Program-made: the position numbers and the translations under genes | Notes under the pieces: model-generated | What the model saw: the letters and a program-made list of their open reading frames with translations, nothing else | Told to the model about the DNA's origin: nothing | The model's database searches: none | Origin: Pavona decussata | Lineage: Eukaryota | DNA length: 64,000 nucleotides | Assembly (NCBI GenBank): GCA_977016875.1 | Contig: CDRNST010000195.1 | Location: 2,852,001-2,916,000 of the forward strand | Direction: 5' to 3' | Part shown: piece after piece, positions 49,532-62,250 of the stretch | Layout of the letters: each line of letters begins with the position of its first letter | Position numbering within the stretch: position 1 is the first letter of the stretch

Positions 49532-50730
49532 CCTGAGTAGAAATTATGAATAAACAGTAGGTAAAAAATTGATAAATATAAAATCACAGTAAAATCCTAA
49601 GATAGAGTTAACGATGTAACAAAATTAGATGAAATGGTTCACAAAAGCTTCTTAAACCCAGGTTATTTTAATTTCTTATAGACACTGGAATAGTGTTTTT
49701 TGCTTGCCTGTCCTTCCATCCTCATTATCTGAATGGTCCAAAGAAAGACATCCAAAGTTGTATGATGTCCTGATTTATCTCCTCTCCAAATAATCTGCTT
49801 TCACTTTGAGTTCTGTAGCACAGGTCACCTCCTCGATGTGCCAAAAAAGGTCTTTAGAAGTCTACACCATGCCAAAGTGAGGGCAATTCAGACCCACAAT
49901 TTGAGGGCATTTCGGACCAGCAATTTGACTACTTTGAATGGCTCTATCTCGTGTCCTTTTAAACGGTTTTGCTTCCTTTTTTTGGTGATATGCATTAACT
50001 ATTGCTTATGTAGATAAAGCTGAGTGAATTGAATTTGCCCGTTTATTTTTAGCGTTACAATTTGTTAAGCGTATGCAGACTTTAGAGTACCTTTTGGAGA
50101 GCAAATAAGCTGCTATCTTGTTTTAAACTTGTGTTAGCCACTTATGGAGCTACTGTGGTGTAAAAAGATTGGTTTCCTGGTCCCCCCCCCCCCCCCCCTC
50201 TCACTTTGATGTAATCATTGAGGGTATTATCCTGAGACCTGATGCTTAAATGGTAGTATCAAAGGTCATTCAGGGGGTTTCATCAAATGACCAGCTTGAC
50301 TCATTGTCGCCAGGATCATATGGCACACCTGTTGCTTTTTAGTGGGGCACTTGCCGGGGGCTGGTTACCCCAGCTCGTGTGGTATCCCTAACTAGAATGA
50401 ACAGGGGCCGAGGCTTATGGAAACGAAACGAAGATAGTTGACTTTTTACAAAGAGGTAAAATATTTACAATTTTATCTACATGACCGTATTTACAATAGA
50501 TAATTGGAATAAATTATGTTAATGTTTACATTTCTTTATTCATTCATATGTTAATTCACTTCAACTGTGTTCAGTGAATTCTTTCAACTCAACTTTTTTT
50601 TGTTTTTCTTTTTTAATCCTGTTCTTCTTCTTTTTCTTGTGAACTCAACGTCTTAGACAAAGTTACATATGGTTGGCCGCAACAGGTGATTTCTCTAAAT
50701 GGAATGGCGACGAGTGCGTTGTGGCTGGGT

Positions 50731-51645
50731 CTAGGTCCCCACTGTTCTTGATCTTGTTGGGGGGAGGGTGGACAGCGTATGCGTTAAGAATAAATGACAT
50801 ACAGATGGAAGTGTGGGTTGTGGCAAGTAGGTGCTTGTGACAATGAATGCAGTGTAATGGCTACTCCAAACCAGTGAATAGGTGCTGGGAAATGGTTGTG
50901 AGGTGTGGGGTGGAATGCATGCCAGGTGATGAGGGCATGGGGGCAGTATTGGTGGAGCGTGTGATTGAGGAAGTGGTGGGGCAAGGCTGGATATGGCAAA
51001 GAGGAGGGGTAGATGATCTTGGGATGGGATGGCATTAGGGTGAGCTTGGGTGGGTGGTCGAAGGGGTGAACTTGGGAGAATGGGGATTAGAGGAGGAGGT
51101 GGTCCTGGGTAGATGGTGGAAGTGGTGGGGCGTGTGATTGTGGACGTGGTGGGGCGAGTCAGTATACAGCGAAGAGGAGGGGTAGGGATGAGCGGTCTTT
51201 GGTAGATAATGGAAGGGTGGGGTGATGTTAGGTGAAGTTTCTTGGGGATAGGGTCAAGGGGAGCAGAAGGGGACATTGGAGGTGGCATGATGGGAGTGAA
51301 AGTAACTAGTGTGTGATAATGGTTACGGAAACGGATAGGTGAAGATGGGGTCGGGTGGGTGATAGTTGAAATGGTTAATGGACCTGGGGTGGGGTGGGTG
51401 GTAGTGAATGTGGTTTGAGGATGCGATGCGTATGGGGTGGGGTGTACGGGCGGGTGAAAGTTGGGTAAATGTGGTGTAGGTGGGGCCTGATGCCTCTGAA
51501 AAAGTTCAGTATGACACAATCGAGTGGGGTGCTTGTGACGGAGGGTGTTTGCGTGGATGCACTGGTGGTGGTGATGGAGGGTGTTTGTGTTGATGTGCTG
51601 GTACTGGTGCTGCTCTCCTCTTATTCTGATTTCCTTTTTCGGCAT
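50731..51645. other. G/T-skewed low-complexity tract (Pro/His/Thr-rich 304-aa ORF on minus strand)
   Basis: Many GGG/GGGG runs and short internal repeats on the + strand; no recognisable domain. Confidence 0.6.
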
Positions 51646-52558
51646 TTTCCCAGTCTAAAAGTTAAGCGACTAAAACTAAAAAAAAACTATTTAAGATATT
51701 GAGCTCTAGTTTTCACCAAGAGTAATATTAAACAGCATGCTTTCATTGTGCTAAGGTTAAGTAGCAGGTGTGAGAACTACCTCATGTAATCGGTAGCCAA
51801 ATAGCTTTTGTTAAAAGTTACATGTAAAATTCATTAAAACTGACGTGCAAACAAAATGTCAACTTCCTAAGACCATAAAAAAAACCGATGTGGCTAAAAA
51901 AATCCAAAGCTTAGTTCGCATTAAACGCTAACCATAGGACTAACTTTCCTGCTGTTACCGGCACTTGGTGAGATGCTTCCCTTCAACAATTCCTTTAAAA
52001 CCTTAGAGAGTGGAGCAAGAAAGGTAAAAAAACCCAAAGAGAAAATTCAATTGTAAGGCGTATCGTTGAAAGGAAACACGAGTCTGCAATTACCTAGCCC
52101 GCAAATCCAATATTTTGGGCCTTTTGCAGCCACAAAGCAAAGCACCAAAATGGTTTGCGATTACTTGAACATTTTGTTGGGTTCCCACACAGAAAACCAA
52201 ATTCGAAATGTTTTTTCAAGAAAACCCCTGAAAGAAAGAAAGAACACTTGTAAACGCCAAAGTTCACTGTATCGAAAGCTGAGTGGAAGTTGATGCTTGC
52301 CTTCATGGGTGTTTGAACATTTCAGCTTTTGCGCACGCTAATAAGTATGTTACCACACTGTGATGTTTTGAAATGTTTTGGAGTGAAACGTTTGTTACGC
52401 TTGCATAATTTACTCTTTTAATCAATGTTTGGTCCGTTAGAGCCGATACAAAATGGGAATCATGACTACTGTTTGTATTAATGTTGAGCAAGGCAGCGAG
52501 AAATTGCCATATATAAAAACAATCAGCATTAGAATATTCACACATTCCTCGCGCTTAC

Positions 52559-53225
52559 CTTTTGCTGCTCCTTCTCCTTCATGCAAAGATTTCTTTTCGA
52601 TTTACAAGCTGGTGATGGCTCCTCTTTTCCGCAAATGCTTGGTAAAGATCCATGGTTGACTTCACGGCCATAACTTGGGTGGAAAGCCCAAGTAAAACAA
52701 TGTTCCTCAAAGTAAACCAAGCAAAAAACAAAAATTGCCCGTGGGCAAGGATGGAAATTCTTCCTCTTGGTTCGAACAAACCGGAGCCACGAATCTCTTG
52801 TACTATTGGTTGGACTCGTGTGCAATGTAATTCCTGCTGCTTTGTTGGAGCGGTTACTACAACCCTGGACAACACAGCGACTTCCACCATTTGAAAAACG
52901 AGAGAATTTTCAAAAACAGGAGCGCAAATCGTAATACGAAATTAGCCATGTGGGGATAGCTCGAACTGCGAGTTGAGAGAATGACGTCACTTGATTTTCC
53001 CGCGAAATTACAACTCTGTTGTCAATGGAAACCATCTGCCATTGGTAACCAGGCTGCAGGAACATGGCGGTTCAATGGCGGATGAAAATAAACGGAGTTT
53101 GAGCGCAAAAAAAAACACTTCCCTTCATTGCACAAGGATATACTTTGGAAATGATAAACTTCAGGACATAAGCTACCAATCAAGTGAAAATTAAAGGTAT
53201 TACAAAATTTGCTCGTAGTAGCACT
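52559..53225 (-). mobile_element. 5' end of a Kolobok-like element with THAP exon
   Basis: Terminus TTAA|AGTGCTACTACGAGC (TTAA 53226-53229). THAP exon 52890-52559 RCVVQGCSN..GITLHTSP..WLRFVRTKRKNF..C..YFEEHCF..GSLPSI, ending at donor AAG|GTAAGC; frameshift after ATG. Confidence 0.7.
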
Positions 53226-53434
53226 TTAATGTTTCCTTAGTAAGATCTTAATCGAAATTTGTACCAAGATCTTACAATTATTCTGATTAAGATCTTCCTG
53301 CCTTACAGTTATCTCGCTAAGGTCTTAGCAGAAATAACAATAAGATCTTTTAAAACAGTTCTTATAAAGTTCTTGTACAGCAAAAACGGAACCTTCTTAA
53401 TAAGATGTCACTTTAATTCTTTATTAAGATCTCA

Positions 53435-54307
53435 TAATGATGATAAGACGGAATTTCTGGTGATTGGGACAAGGCAGCAGCTGTCAAAAGTGAACATTGA
53501 CTCACTTTGCGTTGGCAATGCGACAGTCCTGCCATCATCCGAAGCCAAAAACCTAGGTTGCTGGCTCGATAATCAGCTTAAGATGGTCAGTCATATTAAC
53601 AAGACGTGTAAAGCCGCCTTCTTTTATTTGTTTAATATTAGAAGAATAAGGAAATTTCTCAGTTCTGACAACACTCAAGTTTTAGTTAATGCATTTGTTA
53701 CTAGCCGCCTCGACTACTGTAATAGCGTTTTATATGGCCTGCCTACTACTGAACTGCAAAAACTCCAACGTGTCCAAAACGCTGCTGCCAGGCTTATCTG
53801 TAACGTAAGTCGTTTCGATCACATTTCTCCAACACTGAAAATGTTGCACTGGTTTCCAGTGAAGTATCGTATTGACTTCAAGATATTGTTAATTACGTAT
53901 AAGGCTATCCATGGACTCGCTCCAGCGTATCTTAGCGAACTTATCACCCTAAAGACAGTATCTAGATATAGTCTTAGGTCGTCCGGCGAAGTCCTCCTTC
54001 AACCGCCCAGAATCAAGACTCCGCGTACGCTGGATGATCGTAGCTTTACCGTAACCGCACCAGCGCTCTGGAACAGTTTACCGAACGCAGTTCACTGCGC
54101 GCAAAGTGTTCAATCTTTTAAGGACAGGTTAAAAACTCATTTATTTCGTCAAGCCTTTGACCTTTATTGAGAATTGTATTTTAGCCATTGACCTTGCCAT
54201 TGTAATTTTAAATTATATTTATTTAGGATATCTTTATTGTAAAGCACGCGAGAGCATCTGTTTATGATTCTCGCGGTATGTAAATGATAAATTATTATAA
54301 ATTATTA
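53435..54307 (+). mobile_element. 5'-truncated CR1/L2-group LINE (RT C-terminus + 3' UTR)
   Basis: NDDKTEFLVIG..KNLG..SRLDYCNSVLYGLP..LQRVQNAAARLI..LHW.PV..RIDFK..LWNSLP..FK..LKTHLF* (stop at 54170). ATT-type tail; TSD TAAGATCTCA / TAATATCTCA (53425-53434, 54308-54317). Confidence 0.93.
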
Positions 54308-54442
54308 TAATATCTCAATTACAAGAATCTTGACAGATCTAAGAATAAATAAACATACCAGCAAGACTCTCACACTGACTGTGATAATCTCTTTACTTGC
54401 ATTGTTATTAACATTAAAATTTGTTGTGACATCTTGCACATC

Positions 54443-56700
54443 TAGCCTACGTGTAGCCGTACCCACCCCCCGAAGAAAAACGGGAGGAGGGAACGTCTAC
54501 GAAGACCTGGCGCTTATCTTGTTATGTGACGTCAGAGCTTTTGCATGAAAATGTATAATAGTTTCTCATTGGATAATCTATTTCACATTTCTTTGGAGGA
54601 CACACATTGGCTTAAATTGTGGTTGCCTCGTTCTCATGACAAAAAATGACAACAGAGCCAAGTTTCCAAGATGGCGGACGTGATGTCGGAAAACGGGCAA
54701 GCGAACAAAACGTTGTATAACACGGCTGTAGATCGAGTATGTGCGATTTTTGGGATAGAAAAGTTACACTCGGAGCAACAGAAAGCCATAGATAAGTTCT
54801 TTGAGCAAAAAGATGTCTTCGTTTCCTTACCGACCGGTTATGGAAAATCATTTATATTTCAAGCGATACCGGTGATCGCGTCTCTTGTTTGGAAGAAACC
54901 GTACACAATTTTCATTGTGTCACCACTCAAGGCACTTATGGAAGGTCAAGTGCAATATCTAAATGGGCTTGGATTAAAAGCTGTGGCACTAAATGAAGAA
55001 TCCGACGAGGTTATAATTGAGAAAGTTATGAAAGGTGACTATTCCCACGTGTATGATTCTCCAGAGAGTTTTCTCGCTCAGGATACCTGGCGCGATATCT
55101 TTAGTTCAACCACCTTCAAGAATCACTTGGTTGGAGTCGCTATAGATGAAGCACATTGCATTAGCCATTGGTAGGTTTTATTAAAGTCTTATTGCAATAA
55201 ATCTGAAATTCTAGCATACAATGAAACGAATTTCGTGGCTTATACGTGAAAAGTCATAGATATGTGAAAAGTCAAACGGATTTTACATTTTTCTAAGTTC
55301 GTGAAATTTCTTTACGTTGAGTGAACTTTTGCGAATTGAGAATTGTACATATATTTAAGTAGTTTTTTTAGTTCCTGGCAGGTCCACACCAGCCTTTGGG
55401 TTGCCACAAACCGACCTGCCTTAACAAAAATTATATGTATGTATGTATGTAGAAGAAAAAGTAGTTCATATTTTTAATTGGCTAGGGATTTCCAGTGACC
55501 TTCACTTCTGAATGGAAAATCAGCAAATTTAATATCTTGCTATACCTCTAGAACTACAAATTTACCATTTCATTTCAAATATTTTAAAAAATTGTGAGCT
55601 CTGTCTTCATCAAATTACTTTTGTTTAAGTATGTAAACACAACTTTCCATTTTCAACAGGGGTCTTCCTGGTGAAAGGAGTGTACCATTCAGGGAATGGT
55701 TTGGAAATCTCGGGGAATTAAGATCCCTCATCTCGGAGAAAGCAAGGATGGTTGTAGTCACTGCCACTGCCACTAAGATGACAAGGGTGAAGATATTTGA
55801 CACCCTTCACCTTGGTCCAGAGACTGTTCTGATTGAAAAGAGTCCTGATCGGTCAAATCTTAAGTACAGTGCTATTTATATAACAAAGAGCATGCCTTTT
55901 GAACAAATTTTTGCAAATGTAATCACAGAACTTAAGGATAAAGGAAAAAATTCAGGAAGGACAATCGCCAAACTCGAAAGCAGTGTGCAATACTTTTCAG
56001 AACATTTACTTTATTCCTGGGGGAAAAGCTGTTCAATGGCGACAAACAACCTAAGAATAGAATTGTGGAAATGTATCATGCAGGCACCCCGGCAACTGTG
56101 AAAAAGCACATAGTTCAGAACATGTCTCTTGATGATGGCCACATCCGCTGCCTTATCACCACTGTTGCTTTTGGGATGGGTGTAAACTGCAAAAAGGTGA
56201 GGACAATTTATCACATGGGTCCTGCAAAAAATATTGAATGCTACTTCCAAGAGAGTGGAAGAGGAGGAAGGGATGGTTTGCCAGCTGTCTGTGTTCTTCT
56301 GCACAATGGCATACTAGCTAACCACTGCAAGCAAGACATCAAAGACTACTGTAAGACAGAAATGTGCAGAAGAGACACATTGTTTTCACCATTTGATGAA
56401 AAGCCGATGCAAGTTACCCCAAAGCATGACTGTTGCGATAACTGTGCAGCCGATTGCTCCTGTGGTTTGGATGATTGTGAAGGTTCATTTAGCTTGAATA
56501 TGTCAGATGCAGTAGAACTACCTGGTTATTTGCATTTCAAAGAGAGACAAGTGTGTACTCAAAACAAAGTCTACTTAAAAAATGCTTTAAAACAGTACAG
56601 GAGAGATGAGATTCACAAGCAAATGAACAAACTGGAAGAGTTGGTTAGTTGTCCAAATGTTCTGCTTGAGCTTGGTGACTTTTTCATAGATCAAAAACAT
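54443..56700 (+). mobile_element. Left part of an AcademH-like DNA transposon
   Basis: Terminus TAGCCTACGTGTAGCCGTACCC with short hairpin, 228 bp upstream of a RecQ-like helicase; right end and transposase not found. Confidence 0.55.
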
Positions 56701-56715
56701 TTTTTCGTTCCATGA
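54671..56715 (+). pseudogene. RecQ-like SF2 helicase, 2 exons, frameshifted (transposon-type)
   Basis: LPTGYGKS, VSPLKALM, IDEAHCISHW; phase-2 intron 55171-55659; GL..FREWFGNLGELRS, TATAT, frameshift ~55965, MYHAG, TVAFGMGVN, YFQESGRGGRDG, CRR..CCDNC. Confidence 0.92.
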
Positions 56716-59341
56716 GACTGGCCTTGCTGTACTCCTGTCCCTGAAAAATGAATTATAAAATACACGATATAAGATCCACCCATTAGAAACTTTCGAGAAT
56801 TGATTTACAAAACAATAGCAATATATACTTGATTGGACTGTTTACCTAATAAATATATCTTACGGCATGTCCAATAACCAGTTTTTCTTTGGCGGGAGCT
56901 GCATATTTGTGACATGAAGATAAAATGGACGGCATTTCAGCTTCCATTTACACAGCCTTTGCATTATGGTGGAAAAATTAGGTTTAGTACTTCAGTGTTT
57001 ATTGAAAATGGCTGAATGAATTAGGGACGCATTGCTTTACACATTGATCCACACTGCAAATCTTTTCACAAAGGAGTGAAGTGATGCGCTAACACAGGGT
57101 CAACAAAAATTTTGAATGACATGGATACCTTCTCTGTTAACAAATGCAAAGAATTTCCCAGCTAATTGTGAAGTTTCAGCAAACCGCACCACACTAGCAT
57201 GGCCATACACCTCCATGGTCTTAGAGCTATTGTCGTCTGTAATAAACAGGCATTTAACTCCTAGCTCTTTCAGATTGTTCAACTATGAATAGAAATACAA
57301 AATATAATAATAATAATTAATATTTGTATGGCGCAAATTAGCATGTGTATATGATCAAATGCGCCTAAATATGTTAGAAATATGACGTATGATACTTGAA
57401 GGCAAACCAGAAGCATCGAAATAAATATTATTTTTGGCCTCATGAGTATATTCAGTTCTTTGGTGGGATGAAGGCATGATAAAGTGATACTGGTTCGCGC
57501 TAGTTTCCCTTCACATTAGGAAAAGCCCAATTCGGCGTTGACGTTGGCACTCAAATTTCTACATAAAAAACTGTTTATTTGACTTATCCATCAACTTTAC
57601 TCTGCGGTCTTCACCCTTGGACATTTTAAAGGGTAATTCATTGATTTACCTCATGATTGACTCTTCTTAATGTCCTTTTTCTCTGCTCCTTTGTGAAAAG
57701 GACCTTCTTCTTCTTTATCCTCCTGTCAAAGTGGTCTCACTCGTCTGCGGTGAGATTTGTCTACCATGCCTCTGCCAAAAAGGAGTTTCCTTCACTGAAC
57801 GTCATTTTAGGGATTCTGTTAAGAAGTTGATGGTTTACTTATCAAGTAGAATGTCAGAACCAACGGGGAAGGCATAAATTCAAAATAAAAGGTTCCTCTG
57901 AATTTCACGACCCTTTTTCATACCTATTTAGTTGGAAAGAGGAAAAGATAACTTAAGTATTCCTTATTCATGTTGTTAAAATGTTCAAATATCGACTAGT
58001 TATTTTCTATATCCCCCCTCCCCCTCCATTTCATCTCCAGGGAAAACAATGTCTGCTCAAACATACCATCAACTTGAGTTGTTTCCTTGCAGGAAAGGCG
58101 AAAGCCATCTTGAAGCAACTTTTTTACGCTGCAAGATAACAAGAGAACAACTGAGAGTTAACTCATAGATCCACGGATGACAGCAAGAAATACATTGCAA
58201 CATTTACGGTAACAGCTGTCAATGCTTTATGAGATTTTATCGGAATTTTAACCGGTATAGTATTCTGTCAATTTTGCTTACTCATTAATGCAACATGTAG
58301 TTGACATTGACCTCATCAAACAACATTGAAAGCAGGGCCTTAAGCATTACTTATTGCTGCCTATACGCCTGCTCCAAAAAGCTCGTAACTCTCAAATTTA
58401 GGAGGTAATTACTGTAATCTCGTCAAGGAAGCTCCCTGTCATTGGCAGCGTTGGTGAATGTGTCTTCAGTTGCTTTGAGGACTGGCAGCAGTGAGTGATT
58501 GCCTCCCAACAAATGAAGAACTTTTGTTTTGGATACGGCATTGTTGGTTTGTTAATTCAAGGCACAGCAGGCTTCAAAAGTTTTTGCATCTATACAGAAA
58601 ACTAATATGCATTAGGACCCCAGTATAACAAAATCCCCATTGTAACAGACACAAGCCAGGCCTAAACTTTGTTACGCTGATGCAACAAATCAGATGTCCT
58701 CACACATCTGAAGTTGATTTTGAACCAGATCAACAGAGATGGAAATTTACCTGTGAAGGACTGTACTGTGTTGAAGTGACATCTGCGACGCTTTATCATC
58801 TCCGTGTCTTACTGTATTAGTTCTTTGAACTTCTCAAAAATTATTACATTAAATATTAACCAAACCCAGTTCGTTATGGTTATGCCACTGCAACAAACCT
58901 ATTTTTACACACCCCCGACACTTCAGGGTTGCACTTTTACTGTGAGACATGGTTTTGAATTAATATATCATTTTTAATACTGTACAAACGTGCGTCGGTT
59001 TAGAAAAATAATATCTTAGTGGGTCCTATTAAAAAAACAAAAAATAAAATTTGGGTGTAGCGACGCAATTTACAGAGATAATTAAGCTTCAATACACGAA
59101 AACAAGTCACATACATCTTTATTAAACGTTATTTATAATTATTTTTGCTTATTTAACTCTGAAAATTCATCGTCACTCCCAATTTTCCTTTTGGTTTTCA
59201 AAGCTCTCGCTCAAATCTGCTTTCCTCAGACAGTCATAAGCCCCACAAAAATAACCTCAGTCTGTATTTAAGACATGGACTTAAACCATATTTTATCCCA
59301 CGGACATGGATGCTACATGTGTAAAATCTGATTGGTATACG

Positions 59342-59550
59342 AACCGCAGCCTCGTCCATATCGGAAAGAAGACCAAGAAGGTTTTCCACGAAATTATTGA
59401 GTACTGGCATAGTTGAAGTTTCCTTAGCCAGAAATTGACTATGACTTTGTACAACCTCTTCTGTGTGGTATTTTTTTGACAAAGAACCTAAGGTGCTCAG
59501 TGAAAAAGTCCCACAAATCTTTGCATTCTATCAGGACACATTTTGTCAAC
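59342..59550 (-). pseudogene. Exon downstream of the 611-bp array, probably the same helicase gene
   Basis: Acceptor tatacag at ~59551; ECKDLWDFFTEHL..KKYHTEE..VLNNFVENLLGLLSDMDEAA; frameshifts. Confidence 0.35.
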
Positions 59551-59890
59551 CTGTATATTGAAAGTATAATAAGTAATCAAAACATAAACCAGGCTCTGTT
59601 GCTAGGCACGATACCGGGATAGCTATTTGCACTGCTGGGTCAGTAAGGCCTGGTCAGGACAGACAGGGGGCAAATAGAAACAAATCTAGGTTTGACTGCT
59701 AATATGGTGACCGATTAGAAAGTGAAGTCAGAATGAACAATATTTAACAGTGAACCGAGATAGAACTCGAGCCTGTTAGATATCAGTTGTGTCTTCTATA
59801 ATGCTTTTTCTTACAGCACTTACATGTCAAACTTTTGACGTAATTTCATCTTGATGAGGAAAAACATTTACTTTCAAAACAAAATTTCAC

Positions 59891-62250
59891 AAAGATATTC
59901 AGTCGATGTAATTTGTATAGTTAAAAGTTTATTTACATAAGTAACTGTTGTTAGCGATATTGTTGTATGTAAATACCGGTAATGTACCTTGGTTGTAAAC
60001 AGCATCAAGGTTGTGTAATTCCATAGGATTTGGCAATGTACACCTTGTCCTAAAATGTTTTCTACTTAGGCAATGGTCTCTTCCATTGCAGTTTCGTCCT
60101 CTGCAAGGCTTGCGGCAATCGATATGATAACTCCGATTGCGTGGCTGGAATGTTCTAATGCCTTAGACAGCTTTCCTTCGTAGTTGACTTGCGAGGAAAG
60201 TGGATTAGGCCTCACCAATCTTGGAAAAGGAATCAACACCACTCCACTTGATTCCCTAAGAAAATGAAAATAAAAAAGAAAAGGTCCACTTAACTACGCA
60301 TTTAATTAGGTTATTAATTCAGACTGATACGAGACTTTTCTAAACAGACCTCAAGGAAAAGAGTTCCAATAACTAATTATGCAAAAATGTAGTTTCTCTA
60401 GACCTTTAAGAGTGGAAATGTACCTATGAAGGTTTTATGTTGAAGTGACAGGTGCGATGCTTTATCATCTCCGTCTCTTACTGTATTAGTTCTTTGAACT
60501 TCTTCTCAAAGATATTCAGTTGATGTAATTTGTATAGTTAAAAGTTAATTTACATGAGTAATTGTTGTCAGCAATATTGTTGTAAGTAAATAATGTACCT
60601 TGGTTGCGAACAGCATCGAGGTTGTGTAATTCCATAGCATTTTGCGATGTTCACCTTGTCCTAAGATGCTTTCTACTTTTGCAACTGTCTCTTCCATTGC
60701 AGTTTCGTCCTCTGCAAGGCTCGCGGCAATCGATATTACAACTCCTGTTGCACGGCTGGCGTGTTCTAATGCCTTAGACAGCTTTCCTTCCTACTTGACT
60801 TGCGATGAAAGTGGATTAGGCCTCACCAACCTTGGAAAAGGAGTCAACACCACTCTACTTGATTCCCTAAGAAAATGAAAATAAAAAAGAAAAGGTCCAC
60901 TTTGCTGCGCATTTAATTAAGTTATTAACTCAGACTGATACAAGACTTTTCTAAACAGACCTCAAGGAAAAGAGTGCCAATAACTAATTATGCAAAAATG
61001 TAGTTTCTCTAGACCTTTAAGAGTGGAAATGTACCTATGAAGGACTTATGTTGAAGTGACATGTGCGATGCTTCATCATCTCCATCTCTTACTGTATTAG
61101 TTCTTTGAACTTCTTCTCAAAGATATTCAGTTGATGTAATTAGTATAGTTAAAAGTTAATTTACATCAGTAATTGTTGTTAGCAATATTGTTGTAAGTAA
61201 ATAATGTACCTTGGTTGCGAACAGCATCGAGGTTGTGTAATTCCATAGTATTTTGCGATGTTCACCTTGTCCTAAGATGCTTTCCACTTTTGCAACTGTC
61301 TCTTCCATTGCCGTTTCGTCCTCTGCAAGGCTCGCGGCAATCGATATCACAACTCCTATTGCACGGCTGGTATGTTCTAATGCCTTAGACAGCTTTCCTT
61401 TGTACTTGACTTGCGAGGAAAGTGGATTAGGCCTCACCAACCTTGGAAAAGGAATCAACACCACTCTACTTGATTCCCTAAGAAAATGAAAATAAAAAAG
61501 AAAAGGTCCACTTTGCTGCGCATTTAATTTAGTTATTAACTCAGACTGATACGAGACTTTTCTTAACAGACCTCAAGGAAAAGAGTGCCAATAACTAATT
61601 ATGCAAAAATGTAGTTTCTCTAGACCTTTAAGAGCGGAAATGTACCTATGAAGGACTTATGTTGAAGTGACATGTGCGATGCTTCATCATCTTCGTCTCT
61701 TACTGTATTAGTTCTTTGAACTTCTCAAAGATATTCAGTTGATGTAATTTGTATAGTTAAAAGTTAATTTACGTGAGTAATTGTTCTTAGCGATATTGTT
61801 GTATGTAAATAATGTACCTTGGTTGTGAAGAGCATCAAGGTTTTTGTAATTCCATAGGATTTGGTAATGTACACCTTGTGCTAGGATGCTTTCCACTTTT
61901 GCCACGGTCTCTTCCATTGCAGTTTCGTCCTCTGCAAGCCTCGCAGCAATCGATATTATAACTCCTATTGCATGGCTGGCATGTTCTAATGTCTTAGACA
62001 GCTTTCCTTCGTACTTGACTTGCGAGGTAAGTGGATTAGGCCTTACTAACCTTGGAAAAGTAATCAAGGCCACTCTACTTGATTCCCTAAGAAAATGAAA
62101 ATAAAAAAGGAAAGGTGAACTTTACTACACATTTAATTAAGTTAACTCAGACTGATATGAGACTTTTCCAAACAGACCTCAAGGAAAAGAGTTCCAATAA
62201 CTAATTATGCAAAAATATGGTTTCTCTACACCTTTAAGAGTGGAAATGTC
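59891..62250. repeat. Tandem array, ~611-bp unit x~3.9, each unit carrying a 268-bp minus-strand exon with flanking intron
   Basis: Exons at 60255-59988, 60866-60599, 61477-61210, 62086-61818 (spacings 611, 611, 609), each with ttttcttag acceptor and AAG|GTACAT donor. Translation ESSRVVLIPFPRL..LSKALEHASRAIGVVISIA..HRKILWNYTTSMLFATK. Confidence 0.97.

Noticed and set aside
50731-51645. Extensin/mucin-like 304-aa gene
   Set aside because: Low complexity, no signal peptide or splice support; openness is explained by base skew.
54671-56715. Host WRN/BLM/RECQ gene
   Set aside because: Minimal architecture, single intron, frameshift and adjacent transposon-like terminus; no gene symbol assigned.
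59988-62086. Functional Dscam-like mutually exclusive exon cassette
   Set aside because: Three of four copies carry a stop or frameshift and neighbouring exons are degraded.
60642-62098. Plus-strand ORFs MRCSPCPK../MLSTFAT..
   Set aside because: Antisense shadows of the repeated minus-strand exon.
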